Below are positions 38,869-49,604 of a stretch of DNA of 64,000 nucleotides, one piece after another (position 1 is the stretch's first letter; the number at the start of each line of letters is the position of its first letter). The stretch lies in the NCBI GenBank assembly GCA_963663035.1, contig OY760074.1, positions 1,504,001-1,568,000 of the forward strand. The letters are read 5' to 3'. A program made the position numbers and the translations under genes. This DNA is from Acidobacteriota bacterium (GTDB taxonomy: Bacteria > Acidobacteriota > UBA6911 > RPQK01 > JADFOI01). The notes under the pieces are model-generated. The model had not been told where the DNA came from and made no database searches. It was given only the letters and a program-made list of their open reading frames with translations.

Positions 38869-39591
38869 ATGTCAAGACAACGCAAGTCCCGAGGCCGGAA
38901 GAAAGAAAGACAGCAGGAGGAGCACCAGGGGGGCACCTTGCGAGAGTACTTCCTCACGATCGTAGTCTGCACCGTCATTGCCCTCTTTGTGACCACCTAC
39001 GTTGTGCACCCGATGAGCGTGCCAACTCCCTCGATGGAACCGACCATCCTGGTGGGCGACCGTCTCCTGATTGACAAATTCACCATACGCAACGGATATG
39101 AATCAGGACTGCCAGCGATACCCAGCTACACGGTGCAACGACAGGACATCGTCGTTTGCAAGGCTCTCCTTGAGCCGGAAATTTTTCTGGTGAAACGAGT
39201 CATCGGCATTCCGGGTGACAGACTGGAGATTCGCGACAAAGCCGTTTACATCAACGGCGAAGCGCTGGATGAGCCCTATAAACAGCATTTGGACCCAAAT
39301 GTCATTACAGAGAACGGACAGCGGGACAACTTCAGCACGATCATCATTCCAGAGGACAGCTACTTCGTCATGGGTGATAATCGCGATGACAGCTACGACA
39401 GTCGTGCCTGGGGGGTTCTTCCCAAACGCTACATCGTGGGTCGGCCCCTGTTTATTTTCTGGTCCTACGAAGACCCACCCGACGCCCATCTGAGAACCTC
39501 TCTCACCGAGATCCTTGAGCTCTATGGTGAACGACTCCTTTTCTTTGTGACTCGCACTCGCTGGAGCCGCACGGGAAGACGTTTGCGTTAG
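38869..39591 (+). CDS. lepB: Signal peptidase I, copy 1
   Basis: PTPSMEPT (Ser), VKRVIG (Lys), MGDNRDDSYDSR. Confidence 0.93.
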   Translation: MSRQRKSRGRKKERQQEEHQGGTLREYFLTIVVCTVIALFVTTYVVHPMSVPTPSMEPTILVGDRLLIDKFTIRNGYESGLPAIPSYTVQRQDIVVCKALLEPEIFLVKRVIGIPGDRLEIRDKAVYINGEALDEPYKQHLDPNVITENGQRDNFSTIIIPEDSYFVMGDNRDDSYDSRAWGVLPKRYIVGRPLFIFWSYEDPPDAHLRTSLTEILELYGERLLFFVTRTRWSRTGRRLR

Positions 39592-39625
39592 TGTCTACAC
39601 TATAAATGGTAAGATCTATTGAACC

Positions 39626-40363
39626 ATGGAGACACCAGAGACACCAGAGCAAGCGGAACTGCAGCCTGAGGAAGAGAGCACTCTGCGTGAGTATTTTATA
39701 ACCATAGTGGTTTGTACAATCTTCGCTCTCTTCGTCACCACATACCTGGTGCATCCCATGACCGTGCCCACCCCCTCGATGGAACCCACTATTCTGGTCG
39801 GAGATCGTCTACTCATCGATAAATTCACCATCCGCAACGGTTTCAGGCTCGGACTCCCCTTCACCCCCCAACACACCGTTGAGCGAGGAGATGTGATCGT
39901 CTTCAAATTCCCAAGGGAACCCAGGGTCCTATACGTGAAACGGGCCATTGGTCTGCCAGGAGAGACCTTAGAGATTCGCGACAAGAATGTCTACATCGAC
40001 GGGAATCTTCTGCATGAGCCTTATAAAGTGCACACTGATCCCTACATCTATCCTGAAAGAGATCCCTACCACCAAGACTCTGGGGACTCTCAGCGCGATC
40101 ACTACGGTCCCAAGACGATTCCCGACGATCTGTACTTCGTCATGGGTGACAATCGAGACGACAGTGCCGACAGTCGCTATTTTGGGTTTCTTCCGCGCAC
40201 TCATATCCTGGGCACTCCCCTCCTTGTTTTCTGGTCCTACGAGGACGACGCGGATGCCTACTTGAGAACCTCCCTTCCCGAGATACTTCAGCTCTATGCT
40301 GAACGCATCCTCTTCTTTTTTAATCGCACCCGCTGGACCCGAATGGGTCATCTGGTCAGATAG
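39626..40363 (+). CDS. lepB: Signal peptidase I, copy 2
   Basis: PTPSMEPT, YVKRAIG, MGDNRDDSADSR. Confidence 0.93.
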   Translation: METPETPEQAELQPEEESTLREYFITIVVCTIFALFVTTYLVHPMTVPTPSMEPTILVGDRLLIDKFTIRNGFRLGLPFTPQHTVERGDVIVFKFPREPRVLYVKRAIGLPGETLEIRDKNVYIDGNLLHEPYKVHTDPYIYPERDPYHQDSGDSQRDHYGPKTIPDDLYFVMGDNRDDSADSRYFGFLPRTHILGTPLLVFWSYEDDADAYLRTSLPEILQLYAERILFFFNRTRWTRMGHLVR

Positions 40364-40540
40364 CCCGCATTATGCATAAATTTTCTGCTACAGTGTCGCA
40401 ATCATCCGCGCTGACGGCGTTGTGCTTCCTTACGCCCCTCGGCGTACTGCACGAATACGCCTGCGGGGCGCTTCGTCACACGCCTTGTCATCGCGGCGCT
40501 TGCGCCACCTCGCTACGAAAACCTAGGCATAATGCGGGCT
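40361..40540. mobile_element. MITE-like element, family B, copy 2 (short form without inserted modules)
   Basis: TIRs TAGCCCGCATTATGCATA / TAGGCATAATGCGGGCT; central GGCGTACTGCACGAATACGCC; opposite orientation to the 13367 and 44671 copies. Confidence 0.85.
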
Positions 40541-40562
40541 CTAGGTGACAGGAGTCTCCCCG

Positions 40563-42365
40563 GTGGATCAAGCGAACATCCGCAACTTCTGCATCATCGC
40601 CCACATTGATCACGGGAAGTCCACACTCGCGGACCGCCTCCTGGAAGCCACCGGCACAGTGGAAGCTCGTCAAATGCGTGCCCAAATCCTGGATCGCATG
40701 GATCTGGAGCGGGAGCGCGGCATTACCATCAAGATGTCTGCCGTTCGCATCTACCACCGCGCCAGTGACGGTGAAGTGTATGAACTCAACTTGATCGACA
40801 CACCTGGTCATGTCGATTTCACTTATGAAGTTTCCCGTAGTTTGACCGCTTGTGAAGGAGCTCTTTTAGTTGTAGATGCTGTCCAGGGTGTGGAGGCACA
40901 AACACTGGCCAATGTCGATTTAGCCCTCACCCACAAACTCACCATCATTCCAGTCATCAACAAGATTGATCTTCCCGCCGCCGATCCCGAGCGGGTAAAG
41001 GAGGAGATCGAAGAGGCGCTGTTGATCGAGGGTTCCGAGAGTCTGCTCGCCAGCGCCAAGGAGGGACTGGGTATCGAGGAGATCCTTCAGACCATTGTGA
41101 CGCGCATTCCTCCTCCCAGTGGAAGTCCGGAAGCGCCCCTGCGAGCACTGATCTTTGACAGCCACTTTGACCCTTATGTCGGCATCATCGCTCACGTGAG
41201 AGTTATGGATGGTGTCCTGAAGCCGGGAATGCAGATTCGAATGATGGCATCGGAGCACGAGGCAGAGGTCAGTGAGGTGGGGGTTTTTGCACCCGATATG
41301 TTCTCGACCAGTGCTCTCCACGCCGGGCAGGTGGGATTCGTGCACGCCGGAATCAAGGAGATCGGGGCCTGCCGGGTGGGCGATACCCTGACCGATGCCA
41401 ACCAGCCGGCCGATCAGGCTCTGCCCGGATACAAAAAGGTCAAACCCATGGTCTTCTACAGTCTCTATCCGGCCGACAGCGAACAGTTCCCGGATCTGAG
41501 AGAAGCCCTGCTGCGGCTGCAGCTCAACGACGGAGCCCTTTCCTTCGAGCCCGAAACTTCGGCCGCTCTGGGTTTTGGCTTTCGATGCGGTTTTCTGGGC
41601 TTGCTGCACAGTGAGATCGTTCACGAACGGTTGGAGCGGGAATTCGATCTGGCACTCATTGCCACTTCTCCTTCGGTGGTCTACCGCATCACCCTCACAG
41701 ATGGATCCACCCTCTCGGTTGACAATCCCGCCAAGTGGCCTCCCCGAGGACAAATCTCGACAATCAGGGAACCTTTCGTTGAGGCCACTATTGTGACACC
41801 CACCGAATACGTGGGTGCTTGTATGGAGCTGTGCACCGAAAGGCGCAGCGTCTTTCGCAGCATGGATCACAGCACAACCAAGCGCATGGTGCTCAAATAC
41901 GAGCTGCCACTGAGCGAAATCCTCTTTGACTTCTTCGATGCTCTGAAAAGTCGTAGTCGAGGCTACGCTTCTTTTGACTATGACTTCCTGGGTTATCGGG
42001 AGGGAAAGCTCGTCAAACTGGACATCGCCGTCAATGGGGACCCAGTGGACGCGCTGAGTTTCATCACCCATCGGGACAAGGCCTTTACGCGAGGCAAGGC
42101 TTTGGTGAAGCGGTTAAAGGAAGTTCTGCCCAGACACCTGTTCGAGATTCGACTTCAAGCCTGTCTCGGCTCCAAGGTCATTGCGGCAGAAAGGATTCCG
42201 CCTCTGCGGAAGAACGTGCTGGCCAAGTGCTACGGAGGCGACATCACTCGTAAACGCAAACTCCTGGAGAAACAGAAAAAAGGTAAGCACCGCATGAAAT
42301 CAGTGGGCCAGGTGGAAATCCCACAGGAAGCTTTTCTGAGCGTCCTGAGAGTGGGAGGAGATTAG
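40563..42365 (+). CDS. lepA: Elongation factor 4 (LepA)
   Basis: [64 protein letters not shown] at 40563 follows AGGAG. Confidence 0.97.
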   Translation: MDQANIRNFCIIAHIDHGKSTLADRLLEATGTVEARQMRAQILDRMDLERERGITIKMSAVRIYHRASDGEVYELNLIDTPGHVDFTYEVSRSLTACEGALLVVDAVQGVEAQTLANVDLALTHKLTIIPVINKIDLPAADPERVKEEIEEALLIEGSESLLASAKEGLGIEEILQTIVTRIPPPSGSPEAPLRALIFDSHFDPYVGIIAHVRVMDGVLKPGMQIRMMASEHEAEVSEVGVFAPDMFSTSALHAGQVGFVHAGIKEIGACRVGDTLTDANQPADQALPGYKKVKPMVFYSLYPADSEQFPDLREALLRLQLNDGALSFEPETSAALGFGFRCGFLGLLHSEIVHERLEREFDLALIATSPSVVYRITLTDGSTLSVDNPAKWPPRGQISTIREPFVEATIVTPTEYVGACMELCTERRSVFRSMDHSTTKRMVLKYELPLSEILFDFFDALKSRSRGYASFDYDFLGYREGKLVKLDIAVNGDPVDALSFITHRDKAFTRGKALVKRLKEVLPRHLFEIRLQACLGSKVIAAERIPPLRKNVLAKCYGGDITRKRKLLEKQKKGKHRMKSVGQVEIPQEAFLSVLRVGGD

Positions 42366-42366
42366 A

Positions 42367-42568
42367 AGCCCGCACTTCTCACACCCGCTCTACTGCATCG
42401 GCGCAATGATCCGACCTGACCGTGTTGCGCGACCCGCAAGCGGGTACCCCTCGCGCGCCAGTCGGAGCCGCAGGCTTTAGCCTGCGGGCCCGTGGGCTAA
42501 AGCCCACGGCTCTGTTTTCCGGCCCTTCCGCCGCTTCGCTACGATCTGGTGTGAGAAATGCGGGCTAG
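42367..42568. mobile_element. MITE-like element, family A, copy 2 (central hairpin missing, nested REP doublet)
   Basis: Family A TIRs; a single CGACCCGCAAGCGGGTACCC module; GGAGCCGCAGGCTTTAGCCTGCG plus CGTGGGCTAAAGCCCACGGCTC. Confidence 0.85.
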
Positions 42569-42582
42569 TGGCGGGCTAGTGG

Positions 42583-43355
42583 CTAGTCGACACGTTTTAG
42601 CCGGACGGGAAAGTCCACTTGATGTTTGACCCAGTCGAAAAAGCGATCCTGTTCCTCCAGGCTCTTTCCGGGAAGCAGAATGCTGGGATCCCGCCATTCC
42701 TTCATCACGGGCGCATCTTGTGTCAGTATTTTGACACGCTTCCTGGGCACCAGACTCGTCCATTGGTCGCCGGTCTCAGCATCGGTGTACAACAGCCGAA
42801 TCACAATATTTCTGGATTAGTTCTCCAGTGGCTTGATAACGATAGACCTGTAGGCTTCGCTGCGCTCCGCCTCAGGCACATCTGGTATCCCGTCGCTTAT
42901 CAGGACAATAGCCAGAGGTCTCAAGATCAGTTTTCGATTGCTCACTGTTTCACTGACATGGTGGAAAAAGGCATTGAAATCCGTAAACGGATTCTCTTGG
43001 GAAAGATCTTCAGCTTTTGATGGATCCCTGGCAGCGTTTCGTATTCAAAGGTCTGAATGGGATAGAGGGTCTTGGCCTCTCCCACAGTGGAACCTCCAAT
43101 GGAGCCAACAAAGACTTCATCGGGCTGCTCCAGACCACCCAACCCCTGGAGGTGGGCGTAAAGGTAATGAGCCAGAAAGTTCAGAGAATCATCAAAGTAC
43201 TTACCCTTGAGAAAGGAACCACTGATATCCACACCCACAAACATAACCAGTCTGGGCACTGGTTCGGAGAGAAAAGCGTCAGGAAGGCAGCTCGTCAATC
43301 CAAAAAACACCACCAAAAGAACAGAACAGGTCAATATTTTTGATCTGGACTTCAC
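42583..43355 (-). pseudogene. VWA-like lipoprotein interrupted by one frameshift and one in-frame TAA
   Basis: Lipobox GLTSC, MIDAS-like VGVDISGSF. After a shift near 42995 the frame reads ENPFTDFNAFF...IVLISDGIPD...LEN*SRNIVIRLLYT and continues into ORF 42583-42804. Confidence 0.7.
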
Positions 43356-43357
43356 GA

Positions 43358-44572
43358 TTAGGCCTGTTTCTTTCTTTTACTAGATGGGAATGCGTCTTCA
43401 AGCAAGCCCTTCGAATCCATGATCTGTTCCAACTTCGTCAATGGAATTTGAAATAGTGGGACCGCGGTCAGAAGAAAAGTACAGAAATTCACTGAAGCAG
43501 CCAGGATCTGCAATGGCGGGATTAGAAAGGCATTAAAAACCTCATTCCCCTTTTCCAGAGCCCATTCGAATTCTCCTCTCACCTGTCCGATCAGCTCAAT
43601 CTTCAGTGCGCTCTTCTCCTCACCCGAGGAAGGAGCCTCTAAGTTTCCCGTCACACCCATCCCCTGGATGATCGCCAGAAGCAGGGGGGTCCCATGACTG
43701 GCAAAGAGAACCCAGGACATTCCTCGAATTCCGAACCATGCAAGCCCGGCAATCACTAAAGTTCCAATAATCCCGAGTTCGAATTCACCCGAGGTGTGCT
43801 GATCAAACCAGGGAACCAGTGAATCTACAAATTCTCTATAGAGAAAGACCACCTCAACAAAGAGAGCCACCAACTCGATGATGCCAATTTGAATGATTGT
43901 GCCAATCTTTTTTGTGCTGAGCGCTTCGGCCCAGGTAGAGAGAACAGCGTAACTCCCAAGGACCAGGAACAACAGAAAAAGAAACAAGGGAATCCTGAGG
44001 AGATTCTCCGAGAGAGCTTGACCCGTTAAATTGGATAAAGTGTCCATCACCAGAGGGGTCATCACATAGGTGAACACAACGGCTTCAATCAGGCACCAGG
44101 TGAGGGTCAACAAGAGTGCAATCCATGGGACACGCGTATCGAAAATTCCCGTACCCAGATTTTTGAAGACCCGAAACGGAATAAAGAGTAGATCCTGAAT
44201 TAAAATCCAGATTCCCACAATGAACAATTTCAACAAACCAAAGACCGCAGTAATAAAGACAAAGACAAACTTAAACATTCCAGCCCAAAAGGACAGGATG
44301 GCCTTGCCAAGGTCCCACCAGACCAAAAAGAACTTGATCAGAAACTGGCTGCGATCTACGCGGAAGACGACAGAGACCAGGCAGGGAACGGTCACCCAAC
44401 ATCCCACAATAACGGACAGAACCGGCAACAGAATAAACAACCTCTTGAAGAGAGCCAGCCAGAAAGCGTCCTCTACTCCCAAGGCAAAAAACAAAAAGTC
44501 ATTCTGGAAAAAGAGAGGGAAAAAGAGAAAGCTCAAGATGACTTTCCAGGCACCGGATACTTCACTAAACAT
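43358..44572 (-). CDS. Multi-pass membrane protein of unknown function
   Basis: 404 aa, about 8-9 hydrophobic segments; stop lies 2 nt from the VWA gene start. Confidence 0.8.
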   Translation of the reverse strand: MFSEVSGAWKVILSFLFFPLFFQNDFLFFALGVEDAFWLALFKRLFILLPVLSVIVGCWVTVPCLVSVVFRVDRSQFLIKFFLVWWDLGKAILSFWAGMFKFVFVFITAVFGLLKLFIVGIWILIQDLLFIPFRVFKNLGTGIFDTRVPWIALLLTLTWCLIEAVVFTYVMTPLVMDTLSNLTGQALSENLLRIPLFLFLLFLVLGSYAVLSTWAEALSTKKIGTIIQIGIIELVALFVEVVFLYREFVDSLVPWFDQHTSGEFELGIIGTLVIAGLAWFGIRGMSWVLFASHGTPLLLAIIQGMGVTGNLEAPSSGEEKSALKIELIGQVRGEFEWALEKGNEVFNAFLIPPLQILAASVNFCTFLLTAVPLFQIPLTKLEQIMDSKGLLEDAFPSSKRKKQA

Positions 44573-44670
44573 GGGCTTCTCCTTGTCCGTCCTTTTCGGC
44601 TTTCATGCCAATTTTCATGTTAACACTTAGAAGAAGGGGTCCGTGGGGAACGCCCAATCTGACTGGTTCT

Positions 44671-44885
44671 TGGCCGGACTTATGCATAGGTTTTCGTGAC
44701 GAAGTGCCGCAGGCGCCACGATGACAAGGCGTGTGAGGGGTACCCGCTTGCGGGTCGGGCCCCGCCGGCGTACTCATGCAGTACGCCGAGGAGCCCAAGG
44801 GGTACCCGCTCTGCGGGTCGCACAACGTAGTCAGCGTGGATGATTGCGGCACTGCAGTAGAAAATTTATGCATAATCCCGGCTAG
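44671..44885. mobile_element. MITE-like element, family B, copy 3
   Basis: Near-identical to 13367-13579; its right end overlaps the helicase stop codon. Confidence 0.88.
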
Positions 44886-47800
44886 GCCGTTTCTGCCGTT
44901 CTGGGTTCCGGCCTTTCTTCAGATTCCATGTTGATGGGCTCTATGGGTTCACTCCACCGAATCCGTATGTTGTTGGCCTTTTTTGTCACCCTTTCATAGA
45001 GATCCGGCAAGACTTCCTTGAGCTCGGATGGTTCAGTCTGCCTTGGAGTAATGCCGGCTTTATCCAGACGGCTCAACAGGTGCTTCAAGGCTTTCTCAGG
45101 ATCCGTGTAATACTCACTGGAACGAAGATGAAAAATATCCCAGTCTAATCGGCGAAGGGTCATAAAATACTCCATCTCAAAGCAGAGCTCTTCGTGGGTT
45201 TTGAGACACTCGCCGTCACAGAGAATGGCAAGACGCTGCCTGTCCTCACTATGGGCTACGATATCAATGGCATGCAGTCCCACCTCAAAATTGAGCGATA
45301 CCTGAAATTTCCGGCTCTGCAGCTCTGTGAAAACAGATTTCTGCAGATCTGACTTAAACTCTTCCTCTTTTGTGATGGCTTTTTTTCTCAGCCCAGTCGG
45401 ATCCTGAGCATGCTTGATCAGTCTATATCTCAAATCTCCAGGTTTGAGATCCCAATCCGGCTTCAAGGAATGGACTACCCACAGTTGGTCACAAGCGCGA
45501 CTGGCAGCTACGTTGAAAACTTTTTTCGCTTCATCTCTTTGGCGCATGGGTAAGGGCCGTCCTGCCGGTGCGTCCACCAGGGACAAAAGGATCACATCTC
45601 TTTCATCCCCCTGAAATTGAGAAGCATTTCCACACAGAATTCGACGCTTCTTATATTCGGAAACGGTCAGCCTCTTCCTGAGAATCCTGTCAATGACAGC
45701 GGCTTGCTCGGTACCCACCATTGAAATCACACCAAAGGTGCGATCCTCATACTCGTGCATTCTGCACATGGCCAAAATCAAGGATGCAATTTCCTGGGCT
45801 TCCTGGTGATTGATTTTGTTCTGTGCCGCAGCGTCAGGCACATGGTGAGACACCAAGTGGGGAAAGAGCGAGCTCGCAGAAGGTTCGCGCAGCGGGAGAA
45901 TCTCATTGTTATAGCAGAGATGATTGCTGAATTGAATGATGTCGGGGACGCAGCGGAAATGTTCCAACAGTCGGATGGTGCCGCCAAAAGATTGACGGGC
46001 AAGATCATAGATCGACGTCTTCCCATCATAAAGTTGCTTATTGGGGATGTCTTCCAACATCTCGTCGATCAATTCCTGAATCCTTTCGGATTTCAATCCA
46101 ACCCCATAGGGGCTGACCTGTTCGTGGTCTCCCACGACCACCACATCCCGTGCCAGGGCAAAAATGGAAAGCGCACTGATATCGCTTTGGCTGGCCTCGT
46201 CCACGATGAGCACATCAAAATTGGTTGTGGTCAGATCGAAGCTTTCCAAAACCCTTGAAATCGGCATAATCCAAACGGGTACTGCCTGACGGCATTCCAG
46301 AAGTGTTTTCTTGGCGACTTCCTTGAGTTTGCCCACCTGCTTGCCGGTTCCCTTGCCCATTTTCTTGTGCAGGGCCAGCCACCCGTTTAAGGCCTGCTGT
46401 TGTTTGAGACCGGTTCTCTCCAGTTGCGCTTTCCAGGACTTCTTTTCAAGATATTGAGCCGTAATGTCCTGCAGTTTGTCATTCACGGAGTCCAGTTTGT
46501 CTTGAAGGTCGTCAAAATCAGCAGCTAGAATTTGCTCTAAGACCTGCTGCAGGTATTTGTGGGTCCAGGCACCCTGGATGTCACTCGGCGCTTGCCCCTG
46601 ATCATGAGGGGACTGCCATCCAGCGATGGCAGCTGACCAACTGGGCGCGGCCTCCTCAAGTCGCGAAAGGAGGGCCTGGCGTTTATCGTAATCCGGTTTT
46701 AAATCTATCAGTTCAGTGAGTCTTTGGTAGGCCAGCAGATAATGATCGTAGTTCCCTTTTTTGACGGCTCCCCGGAAGGCCTTTGTGACCACATAGGAGG
46801 CTTCTTTTTTGGGCAAACCATCAAAATAGTCAAACCAGTTCTGTTTCATTTCATTGAGCTCCTTCAGCTCAACAAATCGTATTCGGGTTTCAATGGCTGG
46901 GTGTAACTCCCCGGTGACCACCTCCTTAAGTTGGATGATGTCACTAAAAGCCGAACTGCTGACAGGCGCCTTCTTCAAGAGATGCTTCCAGTTCAGTCCA
47001 ACCTCTTCACTAAGGTTTTCACAGGGATTCCATATTTGATCAAACCAGGTAATCGCCAATTTGATCTTGTCAAAATATTGGCGGGCTGTTTTCTCAGGCC
47101 GGCGGCCCAATTTTGAGCTCTCCGGGCCGTTCAGGGGCTCCATTTGGCGATCCCACCGCCGTTTCAGTTCCTCTCGGAGCGTCTTGATCTCCAACTGATT
47201 AACGATCGCCTGAAAATGGTCTGCCGTGCTGGGCTCCCTATCGTCCACCTGACAAGCTTCAATTACTTCCTTCCATTCAGGCTTCAACATTTTTGTCAGC
47301 TTTTTGAGCCCTTTGCCCTTTTCAAGGTGAGCACAAATCTCTGTGCAGACTCGAATAATCTCTTCAGTCGATTTGTCGGACTTGACCTTGGGTCCTATGG
47401 ATAAAACCAGTTCTTCCCTGACAGGGATTTCCTCGCACAATTTTTCCACCTGACGCCCCAATACCTGCCATGGCTTTTTCTCTTCCGAAGTCCGTCGTCC
47501 GACATCAATGCACTCCATAATCCAAGGAGTTTCAACGTCTACAATGGCCATGGCTTGTGTCACCTGGTCCCTGAGCAGTTTCAGCTGTTTAGCAGAGTGC
47601 TCTTCATGTCGCCATAGTCCCTGTCCTTTTTTTAGATTTTCCTGCTCTAAACTGGCGATCGAGTCAAAAACCTCCCTGAATTTGTCGGGTGTCGGAATCT
47701 GGGAGGAGTCGGCAAAGGTGGATTCAAGAAGCTCGAGATCTTCGGCTGAAAGCCTGGCATTGATTTCGTAAAGAGACTTTATTTCATCTTCAGTCAAAGG

Positions 47801-49438
47801 GAGGTCGGGCTGATGCTTGACGGAGCCGGGCAGCCAGGAATATTTTTCTTGATCACGTCGGATCTGTTGAGCTGCTTGTGCCGGCGAGACTTTCACTCCC
47901 CCACTCAGTTCAAGTTCCTGATATTCATTAGAGAGGACAGTGAAGATTTCCTCCTTGATCTCCTTGAACTGGCTTTTCAATTCCTCCCGTTTGGCCTCTA
48001 ACTTCTCTATCTCAGCGTTAAGCTTCTTTGGGCTGGTACGGGAGAGATAATCAACGATTCCCGTTACCGATTCCTCCAGCTGCTTACTGCTTTCTTCATC
48101 GCTTTCCAACAGACTGACACAGAGCGATTGTAATGGCGGCACAACCAGTTCACGCACCACGCGAAGAGCCTTGGATGCGTGGCTTGAGACCAGGATACTT
48201 TTATTCTGGGCTAAAAGGTGCCCAATGAGATTGGCAATGGTATGGCTCTTTCCCGTACCGGGTGGGCCCTGGACCAGGACTGCTCCACTTTCATCCAGTT
48301 GGCGTATGACACGTTCCTGTTCCGGGTTGGCTGCTTTGGTCAAAAGAACCTCGGAAGCTTCCGAGTCATCATCGCTGGGTTTGCTGGATTTCTCTGTCTC
48401 TATTCCCACAATTCGCGCCAGAGACTCAGGCACGAAGTCGCTTTCGGAAAGATGTTTAATATATCTATCAAGCGCATCAGAGAATCCCAGGTTGGCACGC
48501 CCCAGATACATAGTGGGTTGGCGGTAGATATAAGGCGCTTGCGTTTTCTCTACCTCGTCAGGACTTTCAAAATAAAGACCATCGGACCACAGACTCTGGA
48601 CCAGCTCTTTCAGGAAATCAGTTGTCGCCTGTCCGCCCAAAGGGTGAATATGACCTTGTGAAACCTTTTCCTGAAAACGTGAGATGTCTTTCCCATCAGT
48701 TCCAAGAAATCTCAGAATGGCTGAGTGCAGGGACGGGTGGTCAACGGAATCCTTGATCACAAACTCAGGCACACCTGACTTGAATTCCAGTTGAAGATTT
48801 TGGACCAACAAAGGGTGATGAATCAATCCTTCTGGACTTTCCCAACAGAAGATTCCATCGGCCACATAGAGCTGAAACTTCTCTGATTCTCTATGTAACT
48901 TCGCCCACAGGTGAAAATACTCATTGAAAACGTTCAGGGCGTCATGAACATTGATTTCACTTTCTTCCCATTTCTTACGCTCGTCCAGCCAATCCTCAAA
49001 GGCTTCAACTCTTTCGGGAGAATCATCAAAGGCCTCGGTTACCTCTTGAGCAACGACGTTCTTGTAAGTCTTGGTCAGGTGAATTTGGGGTTCAACGCCC
49101 GGAGTCTCCCAACCCCGCTTGAGCCAGTTTTCCGCCACCACTGAAGGAGGTGGACAGTGGCTCTCCGTTGGTCTTCCAATTTTTAAGATGAAGTTACCCG
49201 CAACAAGGCTGTCATCTTCAAAAATTTGCTCTAAATATTCGAAATGATTTCCTACTTGAATCAAGGAGTAATGGGGAAGTTCGTCAAGATTTATTTTCCA
49301 AGTGTGCTCCTTCAAGTTGACGACGGGAGGAGTCTTGGTTCGGTGAAATTCCTGAAGGAACTTCAAGACCCGATTAATCAGAACGATTGCTTTTTTCCGC
49401 ACTTCAGGAGGAAATTGCTCAGTGTCTTGAGTTGTCAT
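44882..49438 (-). CDS. Large Upf1/DNA2-like SF1 helicase with C-terminal Vsr/MTES_1575-like nuclease fold
   Basis: QGPPGTGKSHT, IVDEASQ, VVGDHEQ, LLEHFRC, FQGDERD, FNVAASRA; long helical insert; C-terminal IDIV...RLAILCDG...LRRLDW. Confidence 0.88.
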   Translation of the reverse strand: MTTQDTEQFPPEVRKKAIVLINRVLKFLQEFHRTKTPPVVNLKEHTWKINLDELPHYSLIQVGNHFEYLEQIFEDDSLVAGNFILKIGRPTESHCPPPSVVAENWLKRGWETPGVEPQIHLTKTYKNVVAQEVTEAFDDSPERVEAFEDWLDERKKWEESEINVHDALNVFNEYFHLWAKLHRESEKFQLYVADGIFCWESPEGLIHHPLLVQNLQLEFKSGVPEFVIKDSVDHPSLHSAILRFLGTDGKDISRFQEKVSQGHIHPLGGQATTDFLKELVQSLWSDGLYFESPDEVEKTQAPYIYRQPTMYLGRANLGFSDALDRYIKHLSESDFVPESLARIVGIETEKSSKPSDDDSEASEVLLTKAANPEQERVIRQLDESGAVLVQGPPGTGKSHTIANLIGHLLAQNKSILVSSHASKALRVVRELVVPPLQSLCVSLLESDEESSKQLEESVTGIVDYLSRTSPKKLNAEIEKLEAKREELKSQFKEIKEEIFTVLSNEYQELELSGGVKVSPAQAAQQIRRDQEKYSWLPGSVKHQPDLPLTEDEIKSLYEINARLSAEDLELLESTFADSSQIPTPDKFREVFDSIASLEQENLKKGQGLWRHEEHSAKQLKLLRDQVTQAMAIVDVETPWIMECIDVGRRTSEEKKPWQVLGRQVEKLCEEIPVREELVLSIGPKVKSDKSTEEIIRVCTEICAHLEKGKGLKKLTKMLKPEWKEVIEACQVDDREPSTADHFQAIVNQLEIKTLREELKRRWDRQMEPLNGPESSKLGRRPEKTARQYFDKIKLAITWFDQIWNPCENLSEEVGLNWKHLLKKAPVSSSAFSDIIQLKEVVTGELHPAIETRIRFVELKELNEMKQNWFDYFDGLPKKEASYVVTKAFRGAVKKGNYDHYLLAYQRLTELIDLKPDYDKRQALLSRLEEAAPSWSAAIAGWQSPHDQGQAPSDIQGAWTHKYLQQVLEQILAADFDDLQDKLDSVNDKLQDITAQYLEKKSWKAQLERTGLKQQQALNGWLALHKKMGKGTGKQVGKLKEVAKKTLLECRQAVPVWIMPISRVLESFDLTTTNFDVLIVDEASQSDISALSIFALARDVVVVGDHEQVSPYGVGLKSERIQELIDEMLEDIPNKQLYDGKTSIYDLARQSFGGTIRLLEHFRCVPDIIQFSNHLCYNNEILPLREPSASSLFPHLVSHHVPDAAAQNKINHQEAQEIASLILAMCRMHEYEDRTFGVISMVGTEQAAVIDRILRKRLTVSEYKKRRILCGNASQFQGDERDVILLSLVDAPAGRPLPMRQRDEAKKVFNVAASRACDQLWVVHSLKPDWDLKPGDLRYRLIKHAQDPTGLRKKAITKEEEFKSDLQKSVFTELQSRKFQVSLNFEVGLHAIDIVAHSEDRQRLAILCDGECLKTHEELCFEMEYFMTLRRLDWDIFHLRSSEYYTDPEKALKHLLSRLDKAGITPRQTEPSELKEVLPDLYERVTKKANNIRIRWSEPIEPINMESEERPEPRTAETA

Positions 49439-49604
49439 GATTCATTATGAGGCTTGACGAGTAATGTAATGACCGAAGAAGTTCAAAAAATCATTCAGGT
49501 TGGGATAGGTTGATTTTTGTATTGGAAAGCAACACTTTTGATATCATTTTCTCCATAAAAAGGCCCTAAAAACACTATACCAAATGTTTGAGCCACCTAA
49601 GGCG

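Noticed and set aside
42815-42822. In-frame stop in the VWA gene as recoding (Sec/Pyl or alternative genetic code)
   Set aside because: The stop is TAA, which is not recoded, and other genes use TAA/TAG/TGA as normal stops. More likely an error or mutation of a Leu codon.
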